Both the position numbers and the translations under genes were made by a program. This document shows positions 8,393 through 19,305 of a stretch of DNA of 50,835 nucleotides, one piece after another. This DNA comes from Candidatus Sericytochromatia bacterium. GTDB taxonomy: Bacteria > Cyanobacteriota > Sericytochromatia > S15B-MN24 > JAQBPE01. The DNA lies in contig JBBAPZ010000021.1 of the NCBI GenBank assembly GCA_040400605.1, forward strand, positions 10,124-60,958, written 5' to 3'. Position 1 is the stretch's first letter, and the number at the start of each line of letters is the position of its first letter. The notes below the pieces were generated by a model that saw only the letters and a program-made list of their open reading frames with translations, was not told the DNA's origin and made no database searches.

Positions 8393-10105
8393 TTGATTAA
8401 GCAATTAAGAATTCGTCATTTTGTTTTAATAGAGGATCTGACGCTGGATCTCACGTCAGGCCTATGTTTGCTGACTGGTGAAACGGGCGCGGGAAAGTCC
8501 TTGTTGATTGATGCGGTCATCGCGGCCTTGGGTGGTCGCGTCAGTTTGGATGTGATTCAGTCAGGCCATAACCGTGCGGTGATTGAAATGACCCTGGCGC
8601 GGGAGGCATTCGACCCGGTAGTCAAGAGCATTCTTGATGCGGAGGGTATTGAAGTGGCGATGCCGGGTGAACTCACGGTGAGTCGTGAGATCGCCGCACG
8701 CGGGACGCGTTGCCGCATTGAGGGGCAGCAGGTGACTCAAGCGACATTGCGTCAGGTCGGCCGATCGTTGATCGACATCGCAACCCAAAATGAACATCAA
8801 TCGTTGATGGATTCTGAAACCCATCTCGCTTTATTGGATCGTTTCGGCAACCTGTCAATTCAAAAAGAGGCCGTCAAAACGGCCTACGAGCAGTGGCGCG
8901 CGCTGACGAAAGAACGGGAGCAATGGCAGAAGGAAGCGCAGGAACGCCTGAATCAGGCCGATTTCTGGCGTTTTCAACTCGATGAAATCAGCCGTGCCAA
9001 CTTGGTCGATGCCGATGAAATCGAACATTTGCAGCAGGAACGGCTCAAATTGTCCCACGCGGAAAAACTCGCTCACGTGGCGACGGGTGCGTACGATGCG
9101 CTTTACGCTGGCGAGACCCAGCCCAGTTTATGTGATGGCTTGGGGCGTGTCATTGCCGCGTTGGAGAGTCAATCGGGATTGGATATACACCTCGGGCATC
9201 TTGCGTCCAAATTGCGCGAGCAACAGGCCCAATTGCGGGATATCGCGGATGACCTGCGCCATTATGGCGAAGATGTTGAAGGCGATCCCGAGCGTTTACA
9301 GGTCGTGCAGGAACGGCTTGATACCTTGCGTCATCTGGAACGCAAGTATGGCCCGGGCCTGGATGCCGTCATGGCTCACGCGCGCGATCTCGAGCACAAG
9401 TTGTTCACCCTTGACACCAGCCGCGCGCGCGCGCAGACACTCGAACCGTTTATCGCAGCAGCGATGGAAGCGCTTGGGGCGGCAAGTGCGCAACTGGGTG
9501 AAGCCCGTGGACGTGCGGCGCGGGCGCTTGAAGCGGCCATTGCGTTGCAGATGCAGGAACTGGAATTGGCCAATGGCCGTTTCGACGTATCATTGAGTCG
9601 ACGTGACTGGCATCCGGATGGGGTGGAAACCTGTGAATTTTTGGTGGCCTTGAACCCGGGAGAGGCGCCTAAACCGCTTCACAAGACCGCTTCAGGCGGC
9701 GAAATGGCGCGGTTGATGCTCGCTTTGAAGACCGTTTTGGCCAAGCTGGCCCAGACGCCAACACTCATCTTCGACGAGGTTGATACCGGTATTTCGGGTC
9801 GAGCCGCCCAGGCTGTGGCGGAAAAGATCGCCCAACTCGCGCACCAGCATCAGTTGATCTGCATCACGCACTTGCCGGCGGTAGCGGCGATGGCGGATCA
9901 GCATTTGCATCTGAGCAAATCCGTGGTGGGCGATCGCACAGCGGTACACCTCCGTAGCCTGGACCGCGACGGGCGAATTTCCGAACTCGCTACCCTCGCA
10001 AGCGGCAACACAGGCACCGCCGCGCTGGATTATGCCCGTGATCTGCTCAACCGTGCCGAATCCTTCAAAAAAGGCTTGGCTCAAGCCTCAGAGGTCACCA
10101 TATGA
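8393..10105 (+). CDS. recN: DNA repair protein RecN
   Basis: TGETGAGKS Walker A, ASGGE signature, IFDEVDTG Walker B and CITHLP; TTG start at 8393 after GGAG. Confidence 0.95.
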   Translation: MIKQLRIRHFVLIEDLTLDLTSGLCLLTGETGAGKSLLIDAVIAALGGRVSLDVIQSGHNRAVIEMTLAREAFDPVVKSILDAEGIEVAMPGELTVSREIAARGTRCRIEGQQVTQATLRQVGRSLIDIATQNEHQSLMDSETHLALLDRFGNLSIQKEAVKTAYEQWRALTKEREQWQKEAQERLNQADFWRFQLDEISRANLVDADEIEHLQQERLKLSHAEKLAHVATGAYDALYAGETQPSLCDGLGRVIAALESQSGLDIHLGHLASKLREQQAQLRDIADDLRHYGEDVEGDPERLQVVQERLDTLRHLERKYGPGLDAVMAHARDLEHKLFTLDTSRARAQTLEPFIAAAMEALGAASAQLGEARGRAARALEAAIALQMQELELANGRFDVSLSRRDWHPDGVETCEFLVALNPGEAPKPLHKTASGGEMARLMLALKTVLAKLAQTPTLIFDEVDTGISGRAAQAVAEKIAQLAHQHQLICITHLPAVAAMADQHLHLSKSVVGDRTAVHLRSLDRDGRISELATLASGNTGTAALDYARDLLNRAESFKKGLAQASEVTI

Positions 10106-10584
10106 ACCATGACGCCACCAGTTTGCATCAAATCAAACTCAGTTATGGGGGGCTCACACTGGAGTTAAGCGGATCACCAGCGTTTGTGGAAAGCCAGGCC
10201 GAACACTGGTGGCGACGCTTGCAGCCTTTTTTGAACGCACCCGAAGTTGACACGCCGCAAGAGGCGTTACCGCGCATCAGCACCACGTTTCAACCCACCT
10301 GTAACGTAACTGTATCCGAATTTTTAAAACTGAAAGCAGCTCAAGCGCCGGAAGACATTCTGGTGACCGTCGCGTATTACCTGGAAAAGTACAATCGCCG
10401 GGAACACTACCAAGTCCTTGATTTGCAGCGCCTGTTGGCGCAAGCACCGGAGGCGGCCTGTCTGGCCATCGATACCGCGGTTGAGCTGGCGCTGACAAAG
10501 GGGCATCTTGAGCACTTGCCAGATGGCAGCTACACCCTGACGTATCGTGGACAAGCCTATGTTCGTGAAGGCTTGAGCGAATGA
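10102..10584 (+). CDS. hypothetical protein, possible C-terminal winged helix
   Basis: ATGA overlap with the recN stop; ends GHLE..DGSYTLTYRG. Confidence 0.75.
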   Translation: MNHDATSLHQIKLSYGGLTLELSGSPAFVESQAEHWWRRLQPFLNAPEVDTPQEALPRISTTFQPTCNVTVSEFLKLKAAQAPEDILVTVAYYLEKYNRREHYQVLDLQRLLAQAPEAACLAIDTAVELALTKGHLEHLPDGSYTLTYRGQAYVREGLSE

Positions 10585-10688
10585 CCAAACAGTAACGTAT
10601 CAGTTTAATGAATTGCAATTGCGGGATAAGTCACATTATGTTATCTCTTGAGGTGGCAAGCGTGTGACTCGGAGCCCCATTCCTGAAT

Positions 10689-11723
10689 ATGACCATCTTG
10701 AACGCGGAGCGATCGCCTTTTCGCGAACAGCAGGAACAGTTGGAGGATACGTACCTGGCGCCGCAGGCGACGCGGTCTAGGAGCAGTCGTGGCCGAGATG
10801 TTCCCGAGGATGCGTGTGTGTTGCGCACATGTTTCCAGCGTGATCGTGACCGCATTTTACATTCCAAGGCGTTTCGCCGTTTGAAGCACAAGACGCAGGT
10901 GTTTATGGCGCCTGTTGGTGATCATTATCGGACGCGCTTGACCCACACCCTGGAAGTGGCGCAAATTGCCCGGACGATTGCTCGGGCGTTGCGTCTCAAT
11001 GAAGATTTGACCGAGGCGATCGCCTTAGGACATGACTTGGGGCACGCCCCTTTTGGACACGCGGGTGAAGCGGCGCTGGATGCCATGTTTGAGGCCGGTT
11101 TTGCTCACAACGAGCAGAGTGTGCGGGTGGTTGAGGTGTTGGAGCCTTTGAATCTGACCCGTGAGGTACGCGATGGCATTTTGCATCACACTGGGCCGGT
11201 TGCGCCGTTGACCCTGGAAGGGCAAGTGGTCAAGATTGCGGACAGGGTCGCGTATTTGAATCACGACCTGGATGATGCCTGTCGTGCCGGAATTCTGCAG
11301 CCAATGGATTTGCCGTCGGACGTGCGCTTGGTATTTGGTGACACGCGGGGTGAGCGTATCGAGCGGATGGTTTTGGATCTGATTGCGACCAGTGGTGCGG
11401 ATTACGAGGCGATTCGGATGAGCGAGGGGGTGCATGAGACCTTTCTGGAATTGCGTCGGTTCATGTTTTTGAATGTGTATCACGGCTCGCGGGCCAAGAT
11501 TGAAGAGCGCAAAGTGCAAGGCATCATTGCGGGCATTTACCGGCACGTCATGGATAACCCGGTTGTCCTTGAACGGGCGTTGAATCGTGAGGTTGTGGAA
11601 TCTGAACGTGAGCGGGCGACGGTTGATTACATTGCGGGAATGACGGACCGTTATGCGATCGCTTTTTATGAAAAAATCTATGTTCCCCGTTCCTGGTCTT
11701 TGACCGATGAACTGCCTTCGTGA
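10689..11723 (+). CDS. dgt: deoxyguanosinetriphosphate triphosphohydrolase (dGTPase)
   Basis: FQRDRDRILHSKAFRRLKHKTQV, RTRLTH, HDLGH and DYIAGMTD motifs. Confidence 0.95.
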   Translation: MTILNAERSPFREQQEQLEDTYLAPQATRSRSSRGRDVPEDACVLRTCFQRDRDRILHSKAFRRLKHKTQVFMAPVGDHYRTRLTHTLEVAQIARTIARALRLNEDLTEAIALGHDLGHAPFGHAGEAALDAMFEAGFAHNEQSVRVVEVLEPLNLTREVRDGILHHTGPVAPLTLEGQVVKIADRVAYLNHDLDDACRAGILQPMDLPSDVRLVFGDTRGERIERMVLDLIATSGADYEAIRMSEGVHETFLELRRFMFLNVYHGSRAKIEERKVQGIIAGIYRHVMDNPVVLERALNREVVESERERATVDYIAGMTDRYAIAFYEKIYVPRSWSLTDELPS

Positions 11724-11763
11724 GTATCCCCATTGAAGGCCTGAGAAGAAAAGTCAAAGCAGG

Positions 11764-13569
11764 ATGAACAACACGCTGGAAGACCCCATCAATGAGATTC
11801 GCGCGCGAGCGAACATCGTGGATGTCATTGCCGAATCGGTGGTGCTGAAACGAAGCGGTCGAAATTTTTTGGGGCGCTGTCCTTTTCATCAGGAACGCAC
11901 CCCCTCTTTCAACGTGAATCCCGAACGACAGATTTTTCGTTGTTTTGGCTGCGGTGAAGGCGGCGATATTTTCACTTTTGTCATGAAATCGCGCAGTTTG
12001 ACCTTTCCGGATGCGTTGCGTTGGCTCGGTGAACGTTACGGCGTCAACATTCCGGAACGGACGCCTGAGGGCGATGAACGGGGACGATTGAAAGCGGCCA
12101 ACGAGGCCGCCACGGTTTTTTTTGAAGCCTGCCTGCGAGGCCCTGAAGGGGCCAATGCGCGCAGTTATCTGGCGATGCGTGGCGTCACGCCGGAATGGGT
12201 GGAACGTTTTCATTTGGGTTACGCGCCTGCAGAGTGGGAAAAGCTGCATCGTCATTTGTTGGAGCAGGGTATCGATACGGCCACGCAACTGGCAGGCGGT
12301 TTGATTCGGCAGCGGCAAAACGTCCCCGGTCACTACGATTACTTCAGAAATCGCTTGATTTTTCCGATTCACAGTGAGGCTGATCAAGTGGTGGGTTTTG
12401 GGGCACGTGCGCTGGTATCGGAAGATGAGCCCAAGTATCTCAACAGCCCGGAGACAGCCCTGTATCGTAAAGGGCAACTTCTCTACGGATTGAATCAGGC
12501 GCGGGATCGCATCAGGGTCAAAGACCGGGTGATTTTGATGGAAGGATACATGGATGTTTTAACTGCCCACGCACATGGCTTTGATGAGGCGGTCGGGGTT
12601 TTGGGTACGGCCCTTACGCCTGCGCAGGCGCGAATCCTGTTACGCTACACGCCTTCCAAACGTGTGGTGATTGCCTTTGATGCGGACCGTGCGGGGCAGC
12701 AGGCAGCTGAGCGTGGGCTGACAACCCTTGCGGAGGTGACAGCCGGGATGGATTTGCGCGCGACTGTGCTCGCGGTACCGGATGGCAAGGACCCCGATGC
12801 GTTTTTGCGAAGCGCAGGAGCCAAAGTTTTTGGTGACTTGTTGCAGGACGCACCAGCGCTTGATCGGTTTATGCTGGAGCGTGCCTTGGCGGGCATTGAA
12901 ACAAACAGTACGGAAGGTCGCGCACGGGCCGTGGCAGCAACCGTTCCCATCTTGCGAGGCATGGGTAATTATGTCACTCAGGATCATTACATCACCTGGC
13001 TATCCGAACGCCTGGGCGTTCGCCAGGAGTCAATTCGTCTGGAAATCAAAAAAGGCCTGCGTCCTCAAGAGGCGCCCTTACGGGGCGCGCCCCTCACCGT
13101 CGGGCGTTTGTCAAGCAAAGAGGCAGAGCGTCTCTTGCTCTACCTGATGGTGGAAAGGCCTGATGTGAGCGATCTTATCCGAGAACACCTCTGCGACATC
13201 CGTTTTGAATCCTTGAACCAGGAACTGCGGGAGCATCTCATGAGGCAGAGGGACGCGGCAGGGGCGGTGACATGGGATGGATTGTTGACGCACTTTGCGG
13301 CACGCCCTGAAGTTATCCAGCTTTTGTCGAGTTTGAACTTTTCGGATTATGAGCGTTGGGCCAGTGAGTATGGTGCGGTGGCGATGGATTGTGTGAATCA
13401 TATCTTGTATGAGCATTGGCAAGGTGAGCTCACTCGTCTGAAGGAGCATTTGAAGGCGAGTGCGGCGTCTTTGACGCAAGATGCGCATATATCGCTGGTG
13501 GAACGGTTACGGGCAATCTCTGAATTTTGTGTACAGCTCAAGCATCGGCGCGGCAACATTGGCCATTGA
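11764..13569 (+). CDS. dnaG: DNA primase
   Basis: CPFH..CFGC zinc finger, PKYLNSPET, EGYMDV, FDADRAG TOPRIM and KDPD. Confidence 0.97.
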   Translation: MNNTLEDPINEIRARANIVDVIAESVVLKRSGRNFLGRCPFHQERTPSFNVNPERQIFRCFGCGEGGDIFTFVMKSRSLTFPDALRWLGERYGVNIPERTPEGDERGRLKAANEAATVFFEACLRGPEGANARSYLAMRGVTPEWVERFHLGYAPAEWEKLHRHLLEQGIDTATQLAGGLIRQRQNVPGHYDYFRNRLIFPIHSEADQVVGFGARALVSEDEPKYLNSPETALYRKGQLLYGLNQARDRIRVKDRVILMEGYMDVLTAHAHGFDEAVGVLGTALTPAQARILLRYTPSKRVVIAFDADRAGQQAAERGLTTLAEVTAGMDLRATVLAVPDGKDPDAFLRSAGAKVFGDLLQDAPALDRFMLERALAGIETNSTEGRARAVAATVPILRGMGNYVTQDHYITWLSERLGVRQESIRLEIKKGLRPQEAPLRGAPLTVGRLSSKEAERLLLYLMVERPDVSDLIREHLCDIRFESLNQELREHLMRQRDAAGAVTWDGLLTHFAARPEVIQLLSSLNFSDYERWASEYGAVAMDCVNHILYEHWQGELTRLKEHLKASAASLTQDAHISLVERLRAISEFCVQLKHRRGNIGH

Positions 13570-13623
13570 AGCGCTTGAATCGGTGGCCAGTGATCGCGTG
13601 AACCTGAAAGACCCGAAGGAGCA

Positions 13624-14673
13624 ATGAACGTGGTGGACAAAACCGAAACCTTGAATGACAAGGACCACAGCCAGGTGGATGATCTCCTCGGGGGTTTTTC
13701 GAGCGATGGGCCTTTGGAGGACGACCTTTTCGAATTGGCTTCGGCCACGTTGGATGAGGCAGAGGCGCCTGACGAAGATGAAATCAAGTCGCTCAATGGT
13801 GACGTGGAACTGGATTTGAGTGTTCCAAAGGGCATTTCGACTGAGGATCCGGTCAGGATGTACTTGCGTGAAATCGGGACAATTCCTTTGTTGTCCGGTG
13901 CGCAGGAAGTGGCGCTTGCGAAGAGCATTGAAGCGGGGGGCGCATTGGGTGAGCGTGCCAAGCGCAAGTTGGCGGAGGCCAATTTGCGGCTGGTGGTGTC
14001 GATTGCCAAAAAATACATTGGTCGGGGCATGGCGTTTTTGGATTTGATTCAGGAAGGTAATCTGGGTTTGATTCGCGCTGTGGAGAAGTTTGATTATCAG
14101 AAGGGTTACAAGTTTTCGACTTATGCCACTTGGTGGATTCGTCAAGCGATTACCCGGGCGATCGCAGACCAGGCGCGGACGATTCGCATTCCCGTTCACA
14201 TGGTTGAAACCATCAATCGCCTGAAAAAAGTGCAACGGCAATTGCAGCAGGAAATGGGACGCAAGCCGACCGAAGAAGAGATTGCCAAGGACATGGATGT
14301 CACGGTTGATCGCCTGCGGGAAATTATCAAAATTTCGCAAGAGCCAGTGAGTCTGGAGTCGCCGGTAGGCAAAGAGGAAGACTCGCGTTTGGGGGACCTC
14401 ATTCAGGATCAACGCATCGAAACGCCTGTGCATGCTGTCACGCACGATTTGCTTCGTGAGGACATTGCAGATGTACTCAACACCCTGTCCCAACGTGAGC
14501 GTGAGGTTCTAAAACTGCGTTTCGGTCTTGAAGATGGCCGCCAACGAACCTTGGAAGAAGTCGGTCAACAATTCAGCGTGACGCGTGAGCGTATTCGACA
14601 AATTGAGGCCAAAGCGCTACGCAAACTACGTCACCCCAACCGAAACAAACGTTTGCGCGAATACATCGATTGA
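13624..14673 (+). CDS. rpoD: primary RNA polymerase sigma factor SigA/RpoD
   Basis: [39 protein letters not shown] and [18 protein letters not shown]. Confidence 0.97.
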   Translation: MNVVDKTETLNDKDHSQVDDLLGGFSSDGPLEDDLFELASATLDEAEAPDEDEIKSLNGDVELDLSVPKGISTEDPVRMYLREIGTIPLLSGAQEVALAKSIEAGGALGERAKRKLAEANLRLVVSIAKKYIGRGMAFLDLIQEGNLGLIRAVEKFDYQKGYKFSTYATWWIRQAITRAIADQARTIRIPVHMVETINRLKKVQRQLQQEMGRKPTEEEIAKDMDVTVDRLREIIKISQEPVSLESPVGKEEDSRLGDLIQDQRIETPVHAVTHDLLREDIADVLNTLSQREREVLKLRFGLEDGRQRTLEEVGQQFSVTRERIRQIEAKALRKLRHPNRNKRLREYID

Positions 14674-14682
14674 GACGACGGC

Positions 14683-14732
14683 GTGACCGGCCAACTTGCC
14701 AGCGCCTTTTGGTAGCCCAAGAAGCCGGTCAC
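14683..14732 (+). other. stem-loop downstream of rpoD
   Basis: GTGACCGGC (14683-14691) pairs with GCCGGTCAC (14724-14732); no U-tract follows. Confidence 0.4.
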
Positions 14733-14840
14733 TCGCACTGCGTGCATGACCCAATCACTTGACCGGTACACAAGTGCCTTGTTAGACTCTGAATCTGATT
14801 TGATCCTTGCAAACGTGCAAGCGATTGTGTCGACCAACCC

Positions 14841-14913
14841 GGAAGCTTAGCTCAGCGGTCAGAGCAGGGGACTCATAATCCCTTGGTCCAGGGTTCAAAT
14901 CCCTGAGCTTCCA
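14841..14913 (+). tRNA. tRNA with CAT anticodon, probably tRNA-Ile2 (lysidine); elongator Met not excluded; 3' CCA not encoded
   Basis: Acceptor stem GGAAGCT/AGCTTCC, D arm GCTC/GAGC, anticodon loop CTCATAA, T arm CAGGG-TTCAAAT-CCCTG; resembles E. coli ileX; followed by A-CTA. Confidence 0.93.
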
Positions 14914-15209
14914 CTATATTCTGCACAACCACTCAAAATTAAATCGCTTCACTGTTATTGCATCGGTGTACATCAGGATTCCCTGAGCGTTGAACGAATG
15001 CATCCTGCACGCTTGTGTGTGCGATTGAGCATCCTGAGGGACCAAGTGACGGATCCGCACGACCGGATCAAGTCCCAGGCGGCTATGCGTATTTACCCCG
15101 CGTTTGAACTCAAGCGATCGCTGACGCCCAGGCTGATATGGATCGATACTTGGCAAATTCTACAAAAATGCCAACTGTAGTGCCTCAGTAATGAGGCTCT
15201 TTGGCGTCA

Positions 15210-17333
15210 TTATTTGATCTCAGCGGTTGACTCGCGGAAGTCGGGGCTCGCGTAGGGCAGTTCGACCGTGAACGTGCTGCCGCCTCCGGGGGTTGATTCG
15301 ACGCGAATGCGCCCCCGATGCCGTTCAACCACCGTGTACGAGGTGGTCAACCCCAGCCCTGTGCCTTCACCGACTGCCCGGGTGGTGTAAAAGGGATCAA
15401 AGACCTTGCCCAATTGTTCCTCGGGAATGCCAACGCCAGTGTCATGCACGGTGATAACCGCGTGTTCGTTGATAACGCTGAGGCCGACGGTGACGATGCC
15501 GGAGTCAAAATTGGGCGTTTGGCGTTTGCGATCCATAATGGCCTGTCCCGCATTGGTTAACAAGGCCAAAAAGAGCTGGTTCAACTGTTTGCCATAGCCG
15601 TGCAGGAACGGTGCATCGGCCAGATTTAAATCGTAAGTTACCACACCCTCAAAGCGACCTGCGACCATCGCCACCGTGCTGTTGATGCCTTCTTTGAGGT
15701 CGACCGGTTTCAGTTCCGCCTCGTCGTGGCCTGCAAAAACTTTGAGATCAGCCACGATTTTCTGGGACCGCGTCGTCCCTTTCAAACAACTTTCAATGGT
15801 CTTGGCCACGTCATCCCGCAGATAGTCGTAATCAATCTCATTCTTGAGACGCGTGATTTCAGCATCCGCACTTCCCTTGCGCTCATAAGCGCCAACCAAG
15901 TCAAACAAACCATTACAGTAATCCCGCAAGACTTTCAGATTGCCAAAAATGAAATTAAGCGGATTATTGAGTTCGTGCGCAACACCCGCCACCATCTGTC
16001 CCAAACCGGACATCTTTTCGGCTTGCACCAACTGCGCCTGGGTGTCTTGAAGTTGCTTTAAAGCCAGCTGTAATTCAGCAGTCCGCTGAGCGACCTTGTC
16101 TTCCAAACCGGCATTCAATTCGCGTATGGTTTGATAAGACTGCGCATTATCCAGCGCCAGCGCCACCTGTCCCGCGATGCCCTCCAGAACCTCAAGATCG
16201 TGGGGCCCAAACGTTCGAGCCACCGTCTGGCTGCTTACATACAGGACGCCTTTGATTTCATCACCCGCACGCAACGGCACACACATGATTGCCCGCAGTT
16301 GTAAATCCATGATGCTGGCTTGCATCGCAAAGCGCTCGTCTTCCAGGGTGTCTAAAATTGAAAGCGATCGCCCTTCCTCCAAAACCTGAGCAATGACACT
16401 CTGACTCACGCGCAAATCATCCACTGAATGCCCCGAGCGATCCAAAGTCGCCAAGCGCTCGCTGCCCCAAAAAACGGCGCCATGATCAGCTTCTGAAACC
16501 GTCAAGGCCTGACTCAACACCAAGTTCAGGATCGTATCCCGATCCAGGGTGCCCGACACAGTGCGCGACAAGTCATTGAGCATCTCCAAATGCTGCATCG
16601 CCTCTTGAGCCAAGCGATACCGTTGCTCACGCACCAAGGCGAGCGAAAAATCAGACGTCAGTTCCGTTAACACGGACTGGGGCAACGCACCCTGACACGC
16701 CAAATACAAAACACCCAACGGACCATCGTGCGAACCCAAATACCCAGCGACCCACTCACCCGTCGCGTGCCGACCGTGAATCGTCTCGCGCTCAACCATC
16801 GCCCGATCAAGACTGACCAGTTCGTTATCGTGCACTGACGTCCCGTTGCCAACCGTCAGTACCGAACGTCCTTCAGGGTTCAGTACCCGAAGGACTGCTG
16901 ATTTCAAGGGCAACAATTTCAACAGATGACCAAGAATGGTGCGTAATACACCCTCATCGCCGACCGTGAACCCGGATAGCGCCTCGGTCCACGACACGCG
17001 ATCGTACAAGGCTTCAGATGCACCAACAGTCGCTGTCTCCAATCGACATTCCAAGGTCATGAACAGCATGCCCCGTTCATCAAGACCCAGATCATAAATC
17101 TCGCAAGCACCCTCGGGAACCAGGTCAGGCGTCCGGCGAAACTCCACTTTAAAACGATGAAGACGCGTGGGCGCGACCGGGTGATCACCCTCCAAAACCT
17201 TCAGCGCCAACATTTTCTGTTGCTGACGATCAAAAACACGGTAAACATTGCCCATGCCACCGGTCCATAGCGTTTCGCGTATCTCATAGCGGTTGTTGAT
17301 CAGACCCTTGGGAGTGGTGTTCATCGCGTTCAC
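15210..17333 (-). CDS. sensor histidine kinase: Ser/Thr-kinase N-lobe remnant + two GAF-like domains + HisKA + HATPase
   Basis: NRYEIRETLWTGGMGNVY..ALKVL; GAF RAIMCVPL..GVLYV; AHELNNPL H-box; DTGVGI, FDPFYTT and GTGLGL; start may be ATG 17324. Confidence 0.9.
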   Translation of the reverse strand: MNAMNTTPKGLINNRYEIRETLWTGGMGNVYRVFDRQQQKMLALKVLEGDHPVAPTRLHRFKVEFRRTPDLVPEGACEIYDLGLDERGMLFMTLECRLETATVGASEALYDRVSWTEALSGFTVGDEGVLRTILGHLLKLLPLKSAVLRVLNPEGRSVLTVGNGTSVHDNELVSLDRAMVERETIHGRHATGEWVAGYLGSHDGPLGVLYLACQGALPQSVLTELTSDFSLALVREQRYRLAQEAMQHLEMLNDLSRTVSGTLDRDTILNLVLSQALTVSEADHGAVFWGSERLATLDRSGHSVDDLRVSQSVIAQVLEEGRSLSILDTLEDERFAMQASIMDLQLRAIMCVPLRAGDEIKGVLYVSSQTVARTFGPHDLEVLEGIAGQVALALDNAQSYQTIRELNAGLEDKVAQRTAELQLALKQLQDTQAQLVQAEKMSGLGQMVAGVAHELNNPLNFIFGNLKVLRDYCNGLFDLVGAYERKGSADAEITRLKNEIDYDYLRDDVAKTIESCLKGTTRSQKIVADLKVFAGHDEAELKPVDLKEGINSTVAMVAGRFEGVVTYDLNLADAPFLHGYGKQLNQLFLALLTNAGQAIMDRKRQTPNFDSGIVTVGLSVINEHAVITVHDTGVGIPEEQLGKVFDPFYTTRAVGEGTGLGLTTSYTVVERHRGRIRVESTPGGGSTFTVELPYASPDFRESTAEIK

Positions 17334-17377
17334 ACCCTTTCACGCCGCAAAATCAACCGGATTACAAATACCGTAAC

Positions 17378-18262
17378 CTAAAAATCATAAGGCGAATGAG
17401 CAACCACCTGTCCTAAACGCAAAGGGCCTTCAACAGGCAAGGTGATGACGAAGGTCGTGCCTACCCCCACTTCGGAATGCACCGCCATCGTGCCGCCGTG
17501 ATTCTCAATGATACGACGCGTAATAGGTAACCCAAGCCCCGTCCCATCCGCAGCCGACTTGGTCGAAAAATACGGTTCGAAAATACGTGGCAACACATCA
17601 GCCGGAATGCCAGACCCCGTATCAGTCAGCTCAAGGGTTAGCACATTGTCGTGGTGACGCCCCCGCACCTGCACTGAACCCTTTTCATCGATCGCCTGAC
17701 AGGCATTGACCAACAAATTCATGAAAACCTGCTGAATCTGCCCGGCAACGCCCACAATCGGCGGCATCTGTTCAAGCTCAACCACAACCGATACCTTGTG
17801 GCGAAACGAACTCTCAACAAGGCGCACCGTCGACAAAATGCTCCCCTTGACATCCACGACGCCCACCTCAAGCTTGTTTTTTATCGAAAAACGACGCAAC
17901 TCATCAACCAAGCTATGCGCACGCTTCGTAGCTTCTTGACAACTGCCCATCACCTTGGGCAAATCTTTAGCCAAATAAGGCCAATCAAGATCCTCCTCAA
18001 GCTCAGCCAACATCGCCTGATACTCAGGCTTGATCGTCGCCCCTTCTCGATACAAATCGATCAAGCGCCCCATCTGTTCCACATAAGTCGTCAAACATTT
18101 GAGATTCGCGCCCACAATATTTAATGGATTGTTCAGTTCATGGATAACACCCGCCACAAGTTGCCCGAGCATATGCAAACGCTCGGAACTGGCCAATTCA
18201 CCAGTCGTCGCACGTTTTTGCGGATCAGAGGAAGAAGCCGAATTCGCGGAGGTAAAACGCAT
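17378..18262 (-). CDS. cytoplasmic histidine kinase lacking a sensor domain
   Basis: IHELNNPL H-box about 40 aa from the start; NLLVNACQA, DTGSGI, FEPYFSTK and GTGLGL; start placed at ATG 18262. Confidence 0.9.
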   Translation of the reverse strand: MRFTSANSASSSDPQKRATTGELASSERLHMLGQLVAGVIHELNNPLNIVGANLKCLTTYVEQMGRLIDLYREGATIKPEYQAMLAELEEDLDWPYLAKDLPKVMGSCQEATKRAHSLVDELRRFSIKNKLEVGVVDVKGSILSTVRLVESSFRHKVSVVVELEQMPPIVGVAGQIQQVFMNLLVNACQAIDEKGSVQVRGRHHDNVLTLELTDTGSGIPADVLPRIFEPYFSTKSAADGTGLGLPITRRIIENHGGTMAVHSEVGVGTTFVITLPVEGPLRLGQVVAHSPYDF

Positions 18263-18285
18263 GAACACCCCCCCTCTGCAACGGG

Positions 18286-19305
18286 TCACGAACGAGCGGG
18301 ACGACCAGCAATCAATTCTGCAATCAAATTCACAAAGCCAAGGCCGGGCGAAGACACAAACTCAACATCTGCCTCATACGTCTGGGCCGACATGACGCGA
18401 TAACCCATCAAGCGCCCCTTTAGTGGTATGCCGCCGTTCGCACCAAATTCGCCCGGATACAATGTGATATCCACCAGACTGTTGAACCGGGGCTCCTCAG
18501 TAATCCCGGAAAGCAACAAGCCCTTCCCATGAAGCGAGGTCACATTCGCCAACTTCATGAAACCACCGGCAAGCATGAACCGACACTTGTAATTCACCGG
18601 CACACGCAACACATCCGGTTCTCCGCCGACGACCGGATCACCCACAGGAAAAACCGCAATGCCTTGCGCGTTTTCCTCCTGTAGCAACACCGCCTGCGAA
18701 GCTGCCATTGCACCATTCGTCGGAAAGGTAATCACACCGTGCGATCCCACGGGTGCGGTCTCATTGTACAAAAGTGCCTGCTCCTCAACAGAAAGCATAT
18801 TCCGCACCTGAGCATCCATCACGGATTCATCACATTCACCGCGATTCAAATACACCGTGCCATACTGGTCAACAAAGCGCACCTGCGCGACCAACTCGGT
18901 GTCGCCAAAAAACAGGCTGACTGGCGCCCCAACCTGAGGCACCGGTACCTGCAATCCCTTGAGCGTTCGCGTTAACACGTTGAGATCCACCGGCTTCAAC
19001 AAGAAACTCTCAGCACCAACCTTCAAGGCACTGCCCACCGAACTGCGTACACTCTCCCGTGAAACCAAGATAACGGGCAAACGCCGCAAAGCCGGCTCGC
19101 GCTTCAACAGCAATAACGTTTCAAAGCCACTTGGGGACTCGACTTCGATGTCCATGATGATCGCAAAAGGGCGCAACTGGGTCGCCAGCGTCAACACACG
19201 CTGCCCAGTTTCCGCATGCACCACCTCATAACCATCCCGCTGCAACACGCTGGACAAGGTCCGCCTGAACAACTCGGATTTATCAGCTAAAATTAACTGC
19301 GGCAC
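18286..19305 (-). CDS. response regulator (atypical REC) with C-terminal PilZ-like region
   Basis: REC with ILADK, IIMD and FLLKP; C-terminal LRVPV...SLHGKGLLL...VEF resembles a degenerate PilZ barrel. Confidence 0.75.
   Translation of the reverse strand: MPQLILADKSELFRRTLSSVLQRDGYEVVHAETGQRVLTLATQLRPFAIIMDIEVESPSGFETLLLLKREPALRRLPVILVSRESVRSSVGSALKVGAESFLLKPVDLNVLTRTLKGLQVPVPQVGAPVSLFFGDTELVAQVRFVDQYGTVYLNRGECDESVMDAQVRNMLSVEEQALLYNETAPVGSHGVITFPTNGAMAASQAVLLQEENAQGIAVFPVGDPVVGGEPDVLRVPVNYKCRFMLAGGFMKLANVTSLHGKGLLLSGITEEPRFNSLVDITLYPGEFGANGGIPLKGRLMGYRVMSAQTYEADVEFVSSPGLGFVNLIAELIAGRPARS

Noticed and set aside
14973..14992. CAGGATTCCCTGAGC resembling the tRNA 3' end (possible att scar)
   Set aside because: Only a 9-nt exact match (TCCCTGAGC), and no integrase nearby.
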